Shown: one piece after another, positions 30,359 through 39,755 of the stretch
How positions within the stretch are numbered: position 1 is the stretch's first letter
Layout of the letters: the number at the start of each line of letters is the position of its first letter
Source of the DNA: an uncultured Bacteroidota bacterium
GTDB lineage: Bacteria; Bacteroidota; Ignavibacteria; UBA10030; UBA6906
Direction: 5' to 3'
Assembly (NCBI GenBank): GCA_963700635.1
Contig: CAVOYH010000001.1
Location: 352,001-416,000, forward strand
DNA length: 64,000 nucleotides
The notes under the pieces: generated by a model
What the model was told of the DNA's origin: nothing
The model's input: the letters and a program-made list of their open reading frames with translations, nothing else
Databases searched by the model: none
Made by a program: the position numbers and the translations under genes

Positions 30359-33300
30359 ATGAAACTCACGGAAATAGCAATACGACGCCCGGCGTTTATC
30401 ACCATGGTCTTTGTGGCCCTCGCCGTACTTGGTCTTTTCGGGTATTCCCGCATGGGGGTTGACCTGCTGCCAAAGATGGACTGGCCCTTCGTCTCGATCG
30501 TCACCATATACCCGGGTGCCGGCCCAAAAGAAGTCGAGTCCCTCGTATCCAGGCCGCTGGAAGAGGCCGTCAGCAGTGTGAACAAACTGGACAACGTCCG
30601 CTCGTATTCGTACGAAGGCGTCTCCGTTGTTCTGGCGCAATTCAATTTTAGCGCGGACGTGGATGCTGTAACCAACGATGTCCAGCGTGTCGTGGAGCAG
30701 GCGCGTTCAAAACTTCCCGACGATGCAAAAGCGCCGAAGATATCCAAGGCGGACATGAATGCGTTTCCCATTCTGCGGGTGTCGCTGACGGGCCAGATGC
30801 CTCCCCGGGAACTCTATCAATTCCTCAAGGACCGGCTGAAACCGCGTCTGGAGCAGGTTGATGGGGTGTCGGCAGTGACCATTACCGGTGGTGTGGAACG
30901 GGAAATCCGCGTTGAACTTGATAACCAGAAACTGAATGCATACGGCATTTCCGTCCTGCAGGTGTCACAGGCCCTCGGGCGCGAGAACCTGGACTTCCCG
31001 ACGGGCAAGATTGATGAGCGTCTGAACCAGTACATCGTGCGACTCTCGGGGAAGTTCCAGTCTCTGGACGACATCCGCGCTACGATCGTGGCTTCAACGC
31101 CGGCCGGAGTGGTGTACCTTCGTGATGTGGCCAACGTTGTGGATGGGTCGCGTGAGACGTTTACGCTGAGCCGCCTCAACGGTGAAACCTCGATCGCCAT
31201 TGCCATCCAGAAACAGTCGGACGCCAATTCGGTGAAGACCAGCGACCGTCTCCAGGCCACGTTCAAAGAGTTGGAAAAGGAGAACGGCGGACGGATCAGT
31301 TTCACCGTGGCGCAGGATCTGACCGAATTCACACGCAACTCTCTTTCCGAGGTGCAGCGGGATCTTTCGCTGGCCATTCTGATGGTCACCATCGTACTCT
31401 TTTTGTTTCTCCACAGCCCGAGGAATTCCCTGATCGTGCTTCTCTCCATTCCGACGTCGCTGATCACCACGTTCTTCTTCATGTGGATGTTCGATTATAC
31501 GCTGAACCTGATGTCGTTAATGGCGCTCGCCCTGGTGATCGGTATTCTGGTGGATGATTCGATCGTGGTCCTCGAAAACATCCACCGGCATCTCGAGCGG
31601 GGCGAAGATCCGGTCACGGCGGCGGTGAATGGACGGAGCGAAATCGGATTTGCGGCGATCGCCATCACGCTGGTGGACGTGGTCGTGTTTCTGCCGATTT
31701 CAATGGTTGGCGGCGTGGTCGGACGTATCTTCAGCGAGTTCGGTATCACCATCGTTGTTGCGACCCTGCTGTCTCTCTTTGTGTCATTCACCCTTACGCC
31801 GATGCTCGCATCAAAATGGTCGCGGTTAATCACCCATACGCGGGAATCGTGGATTGGCAGGTTTATCCTCTCGTTTGAGGCCTGGCAGGACGATATCGCC
31901 GAGGGCTATAAAAAGACTCTGGCCTGGGCGCTCGGTCACCGGAAGACCATCCTTGCTGTGAGCGGGGGTCTGCTCCTGGTGAGTCTCCTGTTCGTGCCGC
32001 TCGGATTAATCGGCACGGAGTTTATGACAGATTCCGACCGTGGTGAATTTGCCGTAAACATTGATCTGCCTCTCGGCACCACAATCGGGAAGACGGACTC
32101 CACGGTAAAAGCGGTCGAGCGTGCCGTCGCGGCCATGCCCGAAGTGGAACGGTATCTCTCCACCGCAGGCAAACAGCAGAGCCAGTGGAAAAACGCCGAC
32201 CAATCGAACCTCGGGCAGGTCCAGGTAAAACTGATCGACAAGCGGAAGAGGGCGCGTTCAACACAGGCCGTAATGATGGCGATCAAAAATCAGACGGCGG
32301 GCATCCCGGGCCTGAAAACAAGTTTTAACACGATAAGCATGTGGGGTGCGGCGAACGAGTCCCCCGTTCAGATCGAGGTCATCGGCTCTGATCTTGAACA
32401 GGTTGTCCGGTTTTCGGAATCGGTCGCAGACATCATAGCGCGGACAAAAGGCACGGCGGATGTAACGACGTCGTGGGAGGAGGGCAAGCCCGAAATCAAG
32501 ATCGAAATCGACCGGGAAAAAAGTACACGGATGGGACTCACGCTTGCTGAAGTCGGGCTCGCCGTTCGGACCGCCATTGAAGGGGATATCCCGACGAAGT
32601 ACCAGGAGGGTGAAACTGAATACGATGTGCGCGTTGTGCTCAATCGATCCGACCGCTCCCGTACGCGGGACGTGGGGAACATCTCCCTGGTGAATCACTA
32701 CGGCCAGCCGGTTCGGTTGAGCCAGATTGCCACCATTTACCTGGGCAAGGGTCCCTCTGAAATTCAACGGAAAGACCGTGAACGTCTGGTCACCGTCGGA
32801 GCAAATCTCTCGGGCGAAGTTCCGCTTGGCCAGGTCACGGAAGCCATCGAAAGAGAGATCACCGCCTCGGGTGTGCCTGCCGGCGTGCAGGTGTTCTACG
32901 GTGGGGACAGCGAGAATATGCGTGATATGTTCAGCGACATGACCCTGGCGCTGAGTCTGGCCATTCTGTTTGTCTACATTATTATGGTGAGTCTTTTCGA
33001 GTCGTATGTGCACCCCTTCACCATCATGTTCTCGCTCCCGGTCGCCCTGGTCGGCGCGTTCGCGGGTCTGGCCCTCACCGGTGCCACACTCAACATGTTC
33101 AGTATGATCGGCATTGTGATGCTGATGGGGCTGGTGACAAAAAATGCCATCCTGCTGGTGGATTTCACCAACACGCTGCGGGAGCGTGGTTTGACTACAT
33201 ACGATGCGTTGTTGGAGGCCGGGAAAACCCGTCTGCGCCCGATTGTAATGACAACGGCGACCATGATCTGCGGCATGATGCCTCTTGCTCTTGCCCTGGG

Positions 33301-33505
33301 CGCCGGATCGGAAATGAGACAGGGGATGGCGATCGTGGTGGTGAGTGGATTGTTGAGCTCTACCCTGTTAACACTGCTCCTCGTTCCAGTGATATATAGT
33401 TATGTCGATGGGCTGCGGCATCGGGTTCCAGCCCTTTTCCAGCGCGTCACGTGGGCACGGTGGATGCCCTGGAAACAACGCGCTGCCGGTGCGACCGGAT
33501 CATAA
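30359..33505 (+). CDS. AcrB/AcrD/AcrF-family RND permease
   Basis: 1048 aa; YPGAGP.EVE, GILVDDSIVVLENI, KNAILLVDF and RLRPIVMT motifs. Confidence 0.96.
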   Translation: MKLTEIAIRRPAFITMVFVALAVLGLFGYSRMGVDLLPKMDWPFVSIVTIYPGAGPKEVESLVSRPLEEAVSSVNKLDNVRSYSYEGVSVVLAQFNFSADVDAVTNDVQRVVEQARSKLPDDAKAPKISKADMNAFPILRVSLTGQMPPRELYQFLKDRLKPRLEQVDGVSAVTITGGVEREIRVELDNQKLNAYGISVLQVSQALGRENLDFPTGKIDERLNQYIVRLSGKFQSLDDIRATIVASTPAGVVYLRDVANVVDGSRETFTLSRLNGETSIAIAIQKQSDANSVKTSDRLQATFKELEKENGGRISFTVAQDLTEFTRNSLSEVQRDLSLAILMVTIVLFLFLHSPRNSLIVLLSIPTSLITTFFFMWMFDYTLNLMSLMALALVIGILVDDSIVVLENIHRHLERGEDPVTAAVNGRSEIGFAAIAITLVDVVVFLPISMVGGVVGRIFSEFGITIVVATLLSLFVSFTLTPMLASKWSRLITHTRESWIGRFILSFEAWQDDIAEGYKKTLAWALGHRKTILAVSGGLLLVSLLFVPLGLIGTEFMTDSDRGEFAVNIDLPLGTTIGKTDSTVKAVERAVAAMPEVERYLSTAGKQQSQWKNADQSNLGQVQVKLIDKRKRARSTQAVMMAIKNQTAGIPGLKTSFNTISMWGAANESPVQIEVIGSDLEQVVRFSESVADIIARTKGTADVTTSWEEGKPEIKIEIDREKSTRMGLTLAEVGLAVRTAIEGDIPTKYQEGETEYDVRVVLNRSDRSRTRDVGNISLVNHYGQPVRLSQIATIYLGKGPSEIQRKDRERLVTVGANLSGEVPLGQVTEAIEREITASGVPAGVQVFYGGDSENMRDMFSDMTLALSLAILFVYIIMVSLFESYVHPFTIMFSLPVALVGAFAGLALTGATLNMFSMIGIVMLMGLVTKNAILLVDFTNTLRERGLTTYDALLEAGKTRLRPIVMTTATMICGMMPLALALGAGSEMRQGMAIVVVSGLLSSTLLTLLLVPVIYSYVDGLRHRVPALFQRVTWARWMPWKQRAAGATGS

Positions 33506-33554
33506 CATCGTTGATTTTGTTGGCGCCAGTTGGTAGCTTCTATGCGCAAAGCAT

Positions 33555-34244
33555 ATGACTTCCGAATCCATTACTACCAGCTGGCGCAACGCGTGGCGTG
33601 ATTCTACGTTCCGCGTCCGGACACTGATTACAGCCCCGCTTCTTGTTGCCACACTGGCGATCCTGGCGCGCTTCCTGGAGGGGATAGAAGAGCGGCAGGG
33701 GGTGGTGTTGTCCGACCCGGTACTCGGCCTTTTTACACCCGTTGATCTTACCTGGCTTACCTTTGCTCTCATTTACGCCGGTCTCTTCCTCGCCGTAGGG
33801 GTGCTCCTCGGCCATCCGCGTCGTTTACTCTTCGCATTCCAGGCGTACATCATTATGGCGGTGTTTCGTATTATCGTGATGGGACTCCTGCCCCTTGATC
33901 CGCCGCCGGCAATGATACCGCTGCAGGATCCCCTTGTAGAATTTTTTGGAACGGGAAAACTCCTCACCAGGGATCTTTTTTTCTCCGGCCACACGGCGAC
34001 GCTGTTCCTCCTTGTTCTGGTTTCGCCACGCGGACTATGGAAAGGTCTGTTTCTCGGCTGCACACTCCTGGTAGCAGCTGCGGTGCTGCTGCAACATGTA
34101 CACTATACGATTGACGTGTTCGCGGCGCCATTTTTTGCCTATGCCGCATTCAAGACTGCACAACGGTTGGGGGGAGGAGCCGACCCCGGTAACAACGGAG
34201 CGGGAGACCCTCCGCGAACGCAGGAAATCCTATCAAAGCACTGA
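33555..34244 (+). CDS. PAP2-related, sphingomyelin-synthase-like membrane protein
   Basis: Multiple TM segments; DLFFSGHT and HYTIDV match the SMS D3/D4 catalytic motifs. Confidence 0.75.
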   Translation: MTSESITTSWRNAWRDSTFRVRTLITAPLLVATLAILARFLEGIEERQGVVLSDPVLGLFTPVDLTWLTFALIYAGLFLAVGVLLGHPRRLLFAFQAYIIMAVFRIIVMGLLPLDPPPAMIPLQDPLVEFFGTGKLLTRDLFFSGHTATLFLLVLVSPRGLWKGLFLGCTLLVAAAVLLQHVHYTIDVFAAPFFAYAAFKTAQRLGGGADPGNNGAGDPPRTQEILSKH

Positions 34245-34276
34245 ATGGACATCCGGTACTGACACAAGGAGCAGTG

Positions 34277-36907
34277 ATGAAGAGAACATTCGGCCGGAGT
34301 ATCGGCCCCATCACGATAATCGTCGTCCTTTGCTCCATCATGCGTATTCCGGGGAGCGCGCAGGAAAACAACCCTGTCGCAGATTCCACGGCCATGCTTA
34401 CGAGCGGGGATGTGCGGATCACGGTACTTACACCCAGACTGTTACGTCTTGAGTGGACTCCGGGAGGCCACTTCGAGGACAATGCCTCGCTCGTTATCCT
34501 GAACCGCCGGCTCCCCGTTCCACGATTTACGGTTGAGCGTGGAGAGGGGTGGGTGATCGTGCGAACGGACTCCCTCACGCTGCGTTACCGGGAAAAATCG
34601 GGGAGATTCACAGACCAGAACCTCGCTATAACAGGGGGCCGCGGAACACAGGGTAACACTCTGGTCTGGAATCCGGGACTGAAGGACAGCACAAATCTCC
34701 ATGGCACAATCAGAACGCTTGACGGCGTCAAAGGTGCCACCGATCTGGAACCAGGGCTGCTTTCCCGCACGGGCTGGACGGTGCTTGATGATTCGGAGCG
34801 GCCACTTTTTGACAAGGGCGAGTGGCCCTGGGTGATGCCCCGTGTGCAGGGTGAACGGCAGGATCTGTACTTCTTCGGGTATGGCCACGACTATAAAGGA
34901 CTCCTTGGAGATTTTGTGAAGGTTGCCGGCCGTATCCCGATGCCCCCCCGGTTTGCATTCGGCACATGGTGGTCGCGCTACTGGTCATATACCGACAGCG
35001 AACTCAAAGAACTCGTCCGGGAATTCCGCCTGCATCACGTTCCCCTGGACGTGCTGGTGGTGGACATGGACTGGCATCTGACGTTTGACATGCGGTGGGA
35101 GAACGATGTGAAGGATCAGGCGGGTCAACGGCTCGGATGGACCGGCTATACATGGGATCGGAACTACTTCCCCGATCCGGACGGCTTCTTGCGGTGGTGT
35201 GAGCAACACGGACTCAAGACCACGCTGAATCTCCATCCTGCATCGGGAATTCAGCCGCACGAACAGCAGTACCCTGCCATGGCCAGGGCGATGGGCATAG
35301 ATCCCGCGACACAGACCTACGTGCCGTTTGACATCGTGGACCGGAAGTTTGCGGATAATTACCTGCAGCATGTTATTCATCCGCTTGAAGACCAGGGAGT
35401 GGATTTCTGGTGGCTGGACTGGCAGCAGTGGGGGACAACGAAGATTACCGGTGTAACGCCGACCTGGTGGTTAAACTATGTGTTCTTTACGGACATGGAA
35501 CGACGCGGCAGGAACCGTCCGTTACTTTTCCATCGTTGGGGTGGACTGGGGAATCACCGGTACCAGATAGGGTTTTCGGGTGATGCGATATCGGTATGGG
35601 AGTCGCTTGCCTTCCAGCCGTATTTTACCGCCACCGCCGCGAATGTGGGATTCGGCTACTGGAGCCACGACATCGGCGGGCATATGCCCGGAATCGTGAC
35701 GCCGGAATTGTATACACGCTGGATCCAGTTCGGGGTGTTCAGTCCGATTGTGCGCACGCATACAACAAAAAACCCCGACGCTGAACGCCGGATCTGGGCC
35801 TATCCTGATGCCTACTTCACGGTGATGCGCGATGCCTTCCGCCTGCGTTACGCACTTATTCCGTATCTCTACACCGAATCCCGGAAGACGTATGAAACCG
35901 GAATCTCACTCTGCCATCCGATGTACTATGAATACCCGCAGAGAGAAGAAGCGTACACATACACAGGGCAATACTTTTTCGGGGAAAACATGATCGTGGC
36001 GCCCGTAGCCACACCTCTTGATGAAACCGATCAGCTGGCGAAGAAGGAGATCTGGATCCCTCCGGGAGAATGGATCGAATGGCAGACCGGCGCACGACTC
36101 ACCGGCCCTCGCGTGTACGGCCGTTCGTACACACTCGAAGAAGTGCCGGTGTTCGTCAGGTCGGGGTCCATTATCCCCATGCAGCCGGATATGTTGTACA
36201 CCGGAGAAAAGCCGGTGGATCCTCTCATTCTGGAGATCTTTCCCGGCAGGGAAGGGAGGGTCAGGGTGTATGAAGATCAGGGCAACTCCGTCGCCTACCG
36301 GAAGGGTGAAGGCGCGTGGACCCCGGTACGCATGCAGACGGATGCCGGCGGTGAGATCCGGGTTACCATCGAGCCGCGGGAGGGGAAATATCCGGGAATG
36401 TTGGCGGGAAGAGCATATGAAGTCCGGTTCGTCAATACACTGCCGGTCTTCACCGTTGAGTTGGACGGACGCATCCTCGAACGGACGGACGGGGGCGGGA
36501 ATGCGGGATGGCGGTATGACGGTGAGCACACAACATTGGTAGTGAGATCACAGCGGATTCCGGCCGGCGATGGCCTGGAGATAGTCCTGACGCCGGCAAA
36601 GGTGACAGAGCGGGCTCAGCAGCAGATGGTTGAAGGCATTCCGGGGGCATTGCGCAGACTCCGGAAGGTGATGGATCTGTTGAACAGCCAATGGCCCAAA
36701 GAATGGTCCTCGGGTGATCTGGTGGCGGCGGTACAAACCGGGAACCGGATGACGATGCAACCGGCGCAGGCCGGAGTGGAACTGGCGGCATTGCGGAAAA
36801 GGCTGGACGTTTCCCTTCGTCAGCTTTCGGAGATGAAGATCACCGACAGTATCCGGACGAGGGCCACGCTCTTGCTCCGGGAAGCCCGGGCGCTCGTAAA
36901 CCCTTGA
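34277..36907 (+). CDS. Glycoside hydrolase family 31 with C-terminal DUF5110-type domain
   Basis: MPPRFAFGTWWSRY, VDMDWH, FWWLDWQQ, FSGD, WSHDIGGH, ELYTRW.QFG and YEDQG motifs. Confidence 0.92.
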   Translation: MKRTFGRSIGPITIIVVLCSIMRIPGSAQENNPVADSTAMLTSGDVRITVLTPRLLRLEWTPGGHFEDNASLVILNRRLPVPRFTVERGEGWVIVRTDSLTLRYREKSGRFTDQNLAITGGRGTQGNTLVWNPGLKDSTNLHGTIRTLDGVKGATDLEPGLLSRTGWTVLDDSERPLFDKGEWPWVMPRVQGERQDLYFFGYGHDYKGLLGDFVKVAGRIPMPPRFAFGTWWSRYWSYTDSELKELVREFRLHHVPLDVLVVDMDWHLTFDMRWENDVKDQAGQRLGWTGYTWDRNYFPDPDGFLRWCEQHGLKTTLNLHPASGIQPHEQQYPAMARAMGIDPATQTYVPFDIVDRKFADNYLQHVIHPLEDQGVDFWWLDWQQWGTTKITGVTPTWWLNYVFFTDMERRGRNRPLLFHRWGGLGNHRYQIGFSGDAISVWESLAFQPYFTATAANVGFGYWSHDIGGHMPGIVTPELYTRWIQFGVFSPIVRTHTTKNPDAERRIWAYPDAYFTVMRDAFRLRYALIPYLYTESRKTYETGISLCHPMYYEYPQREEAYTYTGQYFFGENMIVAPVATPLDETDQLAKKEIWIPPGEWIEWQTGARLTGPRVYGRSYTLEEVPVFVRSGSIIPMQPDMLYTGEKPVDPLILEIFPGREGRVRVYEDQGNSVAYRKGEGAWTPVRMQTDAGGEIRVTIEPREGKYPGMLAGRAYEVRFVNTLPVFTVELDGRILERTDGGGNAGWRYDGEHTTLVVRSQRIPAGDGLEIVLTPAKVTERAQQQMVEGIPGALRRLRKVMDLLNSQWPKEWSSGDLVAAVQTGNRMTMQPAQAGVELAALRKRLDVSLRQLSEMKITDSIRTRATLLLREARALVNP

Positions 36908-36957
36908 CACGAATCCCCAATAACGTTCTGGATGTTTCATTTTTATGAGGAGTTTCC

Positions 36958-37701
36958 TTGGACTGGCTCGCACAACCTGAAACCTGGATAGCGTTGCTGA
37001 CCCTGACAGCGCTGGAGATTGTGTTAGGGATAGACAATATCATTTTTATCTCGATACTTGCCGGAAAGTTGCCCGAGCACGAGCAGCGCAAGGGCCGTTC
37101 GCTCGGACTGGCCATGGCGATGATCACGCGCATACTCCTTCTGTTGTCGATTTCCTGGATCATGCGGCTCACCGAGCCATGGTTTGCAGTCTTCGGGCAG
37201 GCGATCTCGGGGCGGGATCTGATTCTTTTAGCAGGTGGACTGTTCTTGATCGCGAAGAGTACGCATGAGATTCATGACAAGCTGGAGGGGCCGGCCACGA
37301 CCGGCGGAAAGGTGCGGTCGGTGGCGACATTCAGGGGGGTGATCCTGCAGATCATGATTCTGGATATTGTGTTCTCGCTGGATTCCGTCATCACAGCCGT
37401 GGGGATGGCGAATCAGGTGGCCGTCATGATTGCCGCGATTGTGATAGCGGTCGGGGTGATGATGGTTTCGGCGGGATCGGTGTCAGATTTTGTGCACCGG
37501 CATCCCACGGTGAAAATGCTGGCGCTCAGTTTCTTGTTGTTGATCGGCGTGACGCTGGTCGTGGAAGCATTTCACCAGCATATTCCGAAGGGATACATCT
37601 ATTTTGCGATGGCATTTTCGGTATTTGTGGAGATGTTGAATATCCGGATACGGAAGGGACAGGTGGAACCGGTGGAGCTGAGGGACAAGCCGAAGGCATA
37701 A
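36958..37701 (+). CDS. TerC-family membrane protein
   Basis: LEIVLGIDN, DIVFSLDSVITAVG and KGYIYFAMAFS motifs. Confidence 0.93.
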   Translation: MDWLAQPETWIALLTLTALEIVLGIDNIIFISILAGKLPEHEQRKGRSLGLAMAMITRILLLLSISWIMRLTEPWFAVFGQAISGRDLILLAGGLFLIAKSTHEIHDKLEGPATTGGKVRSVATFRGVILQIMILDIVFSLDSVITAVGMANQVAVMIAAIVIAVGVMMVSAGSVSDFVHRHPTVKMLALSFLLLIGVTLVVEAFHQHIPKGYIYFAMAFSVFVEMLNIRIRKGQVEPVELRDKPKA

Positions 37702-37787
37702 GCGGGGGGTGTGTGTGGTGTGCGGGCGGGAGGGGTTGGGGCAGGCCTGTGAAGGGGCGGTGAGCGTATGCATGGGGCGGGGCAATG

Positions 37788-37816
37788 TTGATTCTGGAGA
37801 TGGAATTCCATACATT
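37788..37816 (+). promoter_or_regulatory. Promoter for tRNA-Thr
   Basis: TTGATT-17 nt-TACATT, 14 nt upstream of the tRNA. Confidence 0.6.
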
Positions 37817-37830
37817 TCTTTTTACGCATT

Positions 37831-37903
37831 GCTGGCGTAGCTCAGCTGGTAGAGCAGCTGATTCGTAATCAGCAGGTCGACGGTTCAAATCCGCCCGCCA
37901 GCT
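37831..37903 (+). tRNA. tRNA-Thr(CGT), CCA not encoded
   Basis: Acceptor GCTGGCG/CGCCAGC, D-arm GCTC..GAGC, anticodon arm GCTGA-TTCGTAA-TCAGC and T-loop TTCAAAT (one T-stem mismatch). Confidence 0.95.
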
Positions 37904-38005
37904 CAAAATCGGCAGTTTTGGTCTTGCTGACCGTGTGAAGTGTGAGTAGTTTGCTGTCACTTCCCTCCCTGTTATGAGTGACTCTCTCCGCAACGAGAGT
38001 GCATC

Positions 38006-38105
38006 ATGGCATCCCTCTCAAAAGGGCAACGGCGTGTAACACGTTGCTATCGACCTCGACGGCAAGCGCCCGTATCAGTTGACCTGACCCCCGAAACTCG
38101 GTCCA
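38006..38105 (+). mobile_element. Possible decayed integrase N-terminus followed by an IS3-like terminal inverted repeat
   Basis: MASLSKG/NGV*HVAIDLDGKR (frameshift plus stop) 100 nt after the tRNA, then TGACCTGACCCCCGAAACTCGGTCCA. Resemblance by eye only. Confidence 0.35.
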
Positions 38106-38438
38106 AGATTTTGTAGACAAAAATGTTATCTGGTACTTGCGCCCATCCCGGATCGCATGTTTATGCAGGACGAAGTATTGAAAAAGGCCACGGAATGCAG
38201 GGAGCTTGCAATAGTCGTATTTCCAAGTTATTATTGATCAATAATGTACCTTTCGGAGGGGGCGTGCCTGCCTACGTCCACGCAGCCTGGACCGCACGGT
38301 CGTTTGACCGTATCGTCCACAGAACGTCCCGCTCTAGAGTCATACGATGCGAAGTCCGCCTCCACTCGGGGGCGGGTTAAGCTACAAACGAACGTCGGAA
38401 GGCCAAACCTGAAGTGAGACTTTCTCACGGCCGCGTCT

Positions 38439-39456
38439 TTGGCGCACGGGTCCTCCTCAAGAAGGTTCTTTTTCTCGTTTCTGCTGTTGCTGATTGTTGT
38501 TTGTGCCTCTGAACTCCTCCTTCGCGCGTTCTACGTTCAAAGAAACACCACCCTTCAATTGGCTCTTGATTACTATTTCAATGGGGTGGTAACTCGCTAT
38601 TTTGAGCTGACGACCCGTATCGGCATTTTCGCTCGAGATTCTACGTTTGGTTTCTCACATACTCCGGATGCGCAAGGCCGGCACAGACGGTTGGACTTCG
38701 ACGTATTGTATACGATAGGACATGATAAGGAACGACCGGTGCCTCCTCCACCAGCACCTTTGGGACGCGTTCTGTTTGTTGGTTGTTCATTTACTTTTGG
38801 ATACGGCGTTGATGATGACAAGCCATTCCCTGCCATCCTGGGCGACGAAGTACTGGCCGAACTGGGCTATTGTGAATAAGGCGACCCTCGCATGGGGAAC
38901 TTCACACGCATATCTTATGGTATCCCGGGAGACTGAAGGGGTACCACTCCCATCGGCTGTTGTCTACAGTATGATCCCGGATCATATATCACGCAACTAC
39001 ATCCGCAAGAGTTGGTTGCGAGAGCTCTCCAGATTTGACAGGGAGCAGCCTCATTTCGAGATTATAGATGGGAAACTCGCATTTCAGGGCGTTGTCGGCA
39101 TCGAGCAGGGGATGGAAGACAGTCCAGAACTCCGACAGAAGGAGCTTGGACTGACGAATGCCTTCCTCGTAGGGATGCAGACTCGGTGCGCAGAAAAGAG
39201 TGTTCCTCTTTTTGTTGTCCTGTTGTCAAAGTCAGACTGGCCACCGGTGATTATCAAGACTCTGGTTGAAAATCAGATCCACTATCTTGATCTCTCAGAG
39301 ACCAAGATCGATTACTTTCCTCACGATTCTCATCCGAACGAGTCCGGTCACAGACAGATAGCAGCCGCCATAGCTAACTCGTTCATCAATACCGAGATCC
39401 TGCGGTTGGAAGCGAACCTGTTTCATCCCGGCGAGGGAACTTCGGTTAAACGCTGA
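38439..39456 (+). pseudogene. SGNH/GDSL hydrolase-family protein split by a 1-nt frameshift at ~38840
   Basis: VGCSFTFGYG (block I) in ORF1; VNK....WGT and DSHPNESGH (block V) in ORF2. Removing one G from ctgggcg gives PAILATKYW. Confidence 0.7.
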
Positions 39457-39755
39457 GTTCAGAGGTTTCGCCCCGCTCTTCGAACCCTCCTTTGCGCATC
39501 GTCTCACGATCCCCATGCTCTCCTCCGCATTCGCGTACCCTGAAATCTCCTCCCTGACACTTGGCGTCCAGATTCTTCGGAACAAGAACACCTCTCCCGT
39601 ACGTTACTAAAATAGCGTCCTTGTTCTTTCCCACATCAATGATCCGGGCATCTTTTCCCGATCTCCCCGTGGAGTCAGGATGCTATGGTTACGGCGACTG
39701 TGACTGCCGGCAGTCGGACTCTCACCCAAGCAATAACCAGACTTCGGAGGATGAG

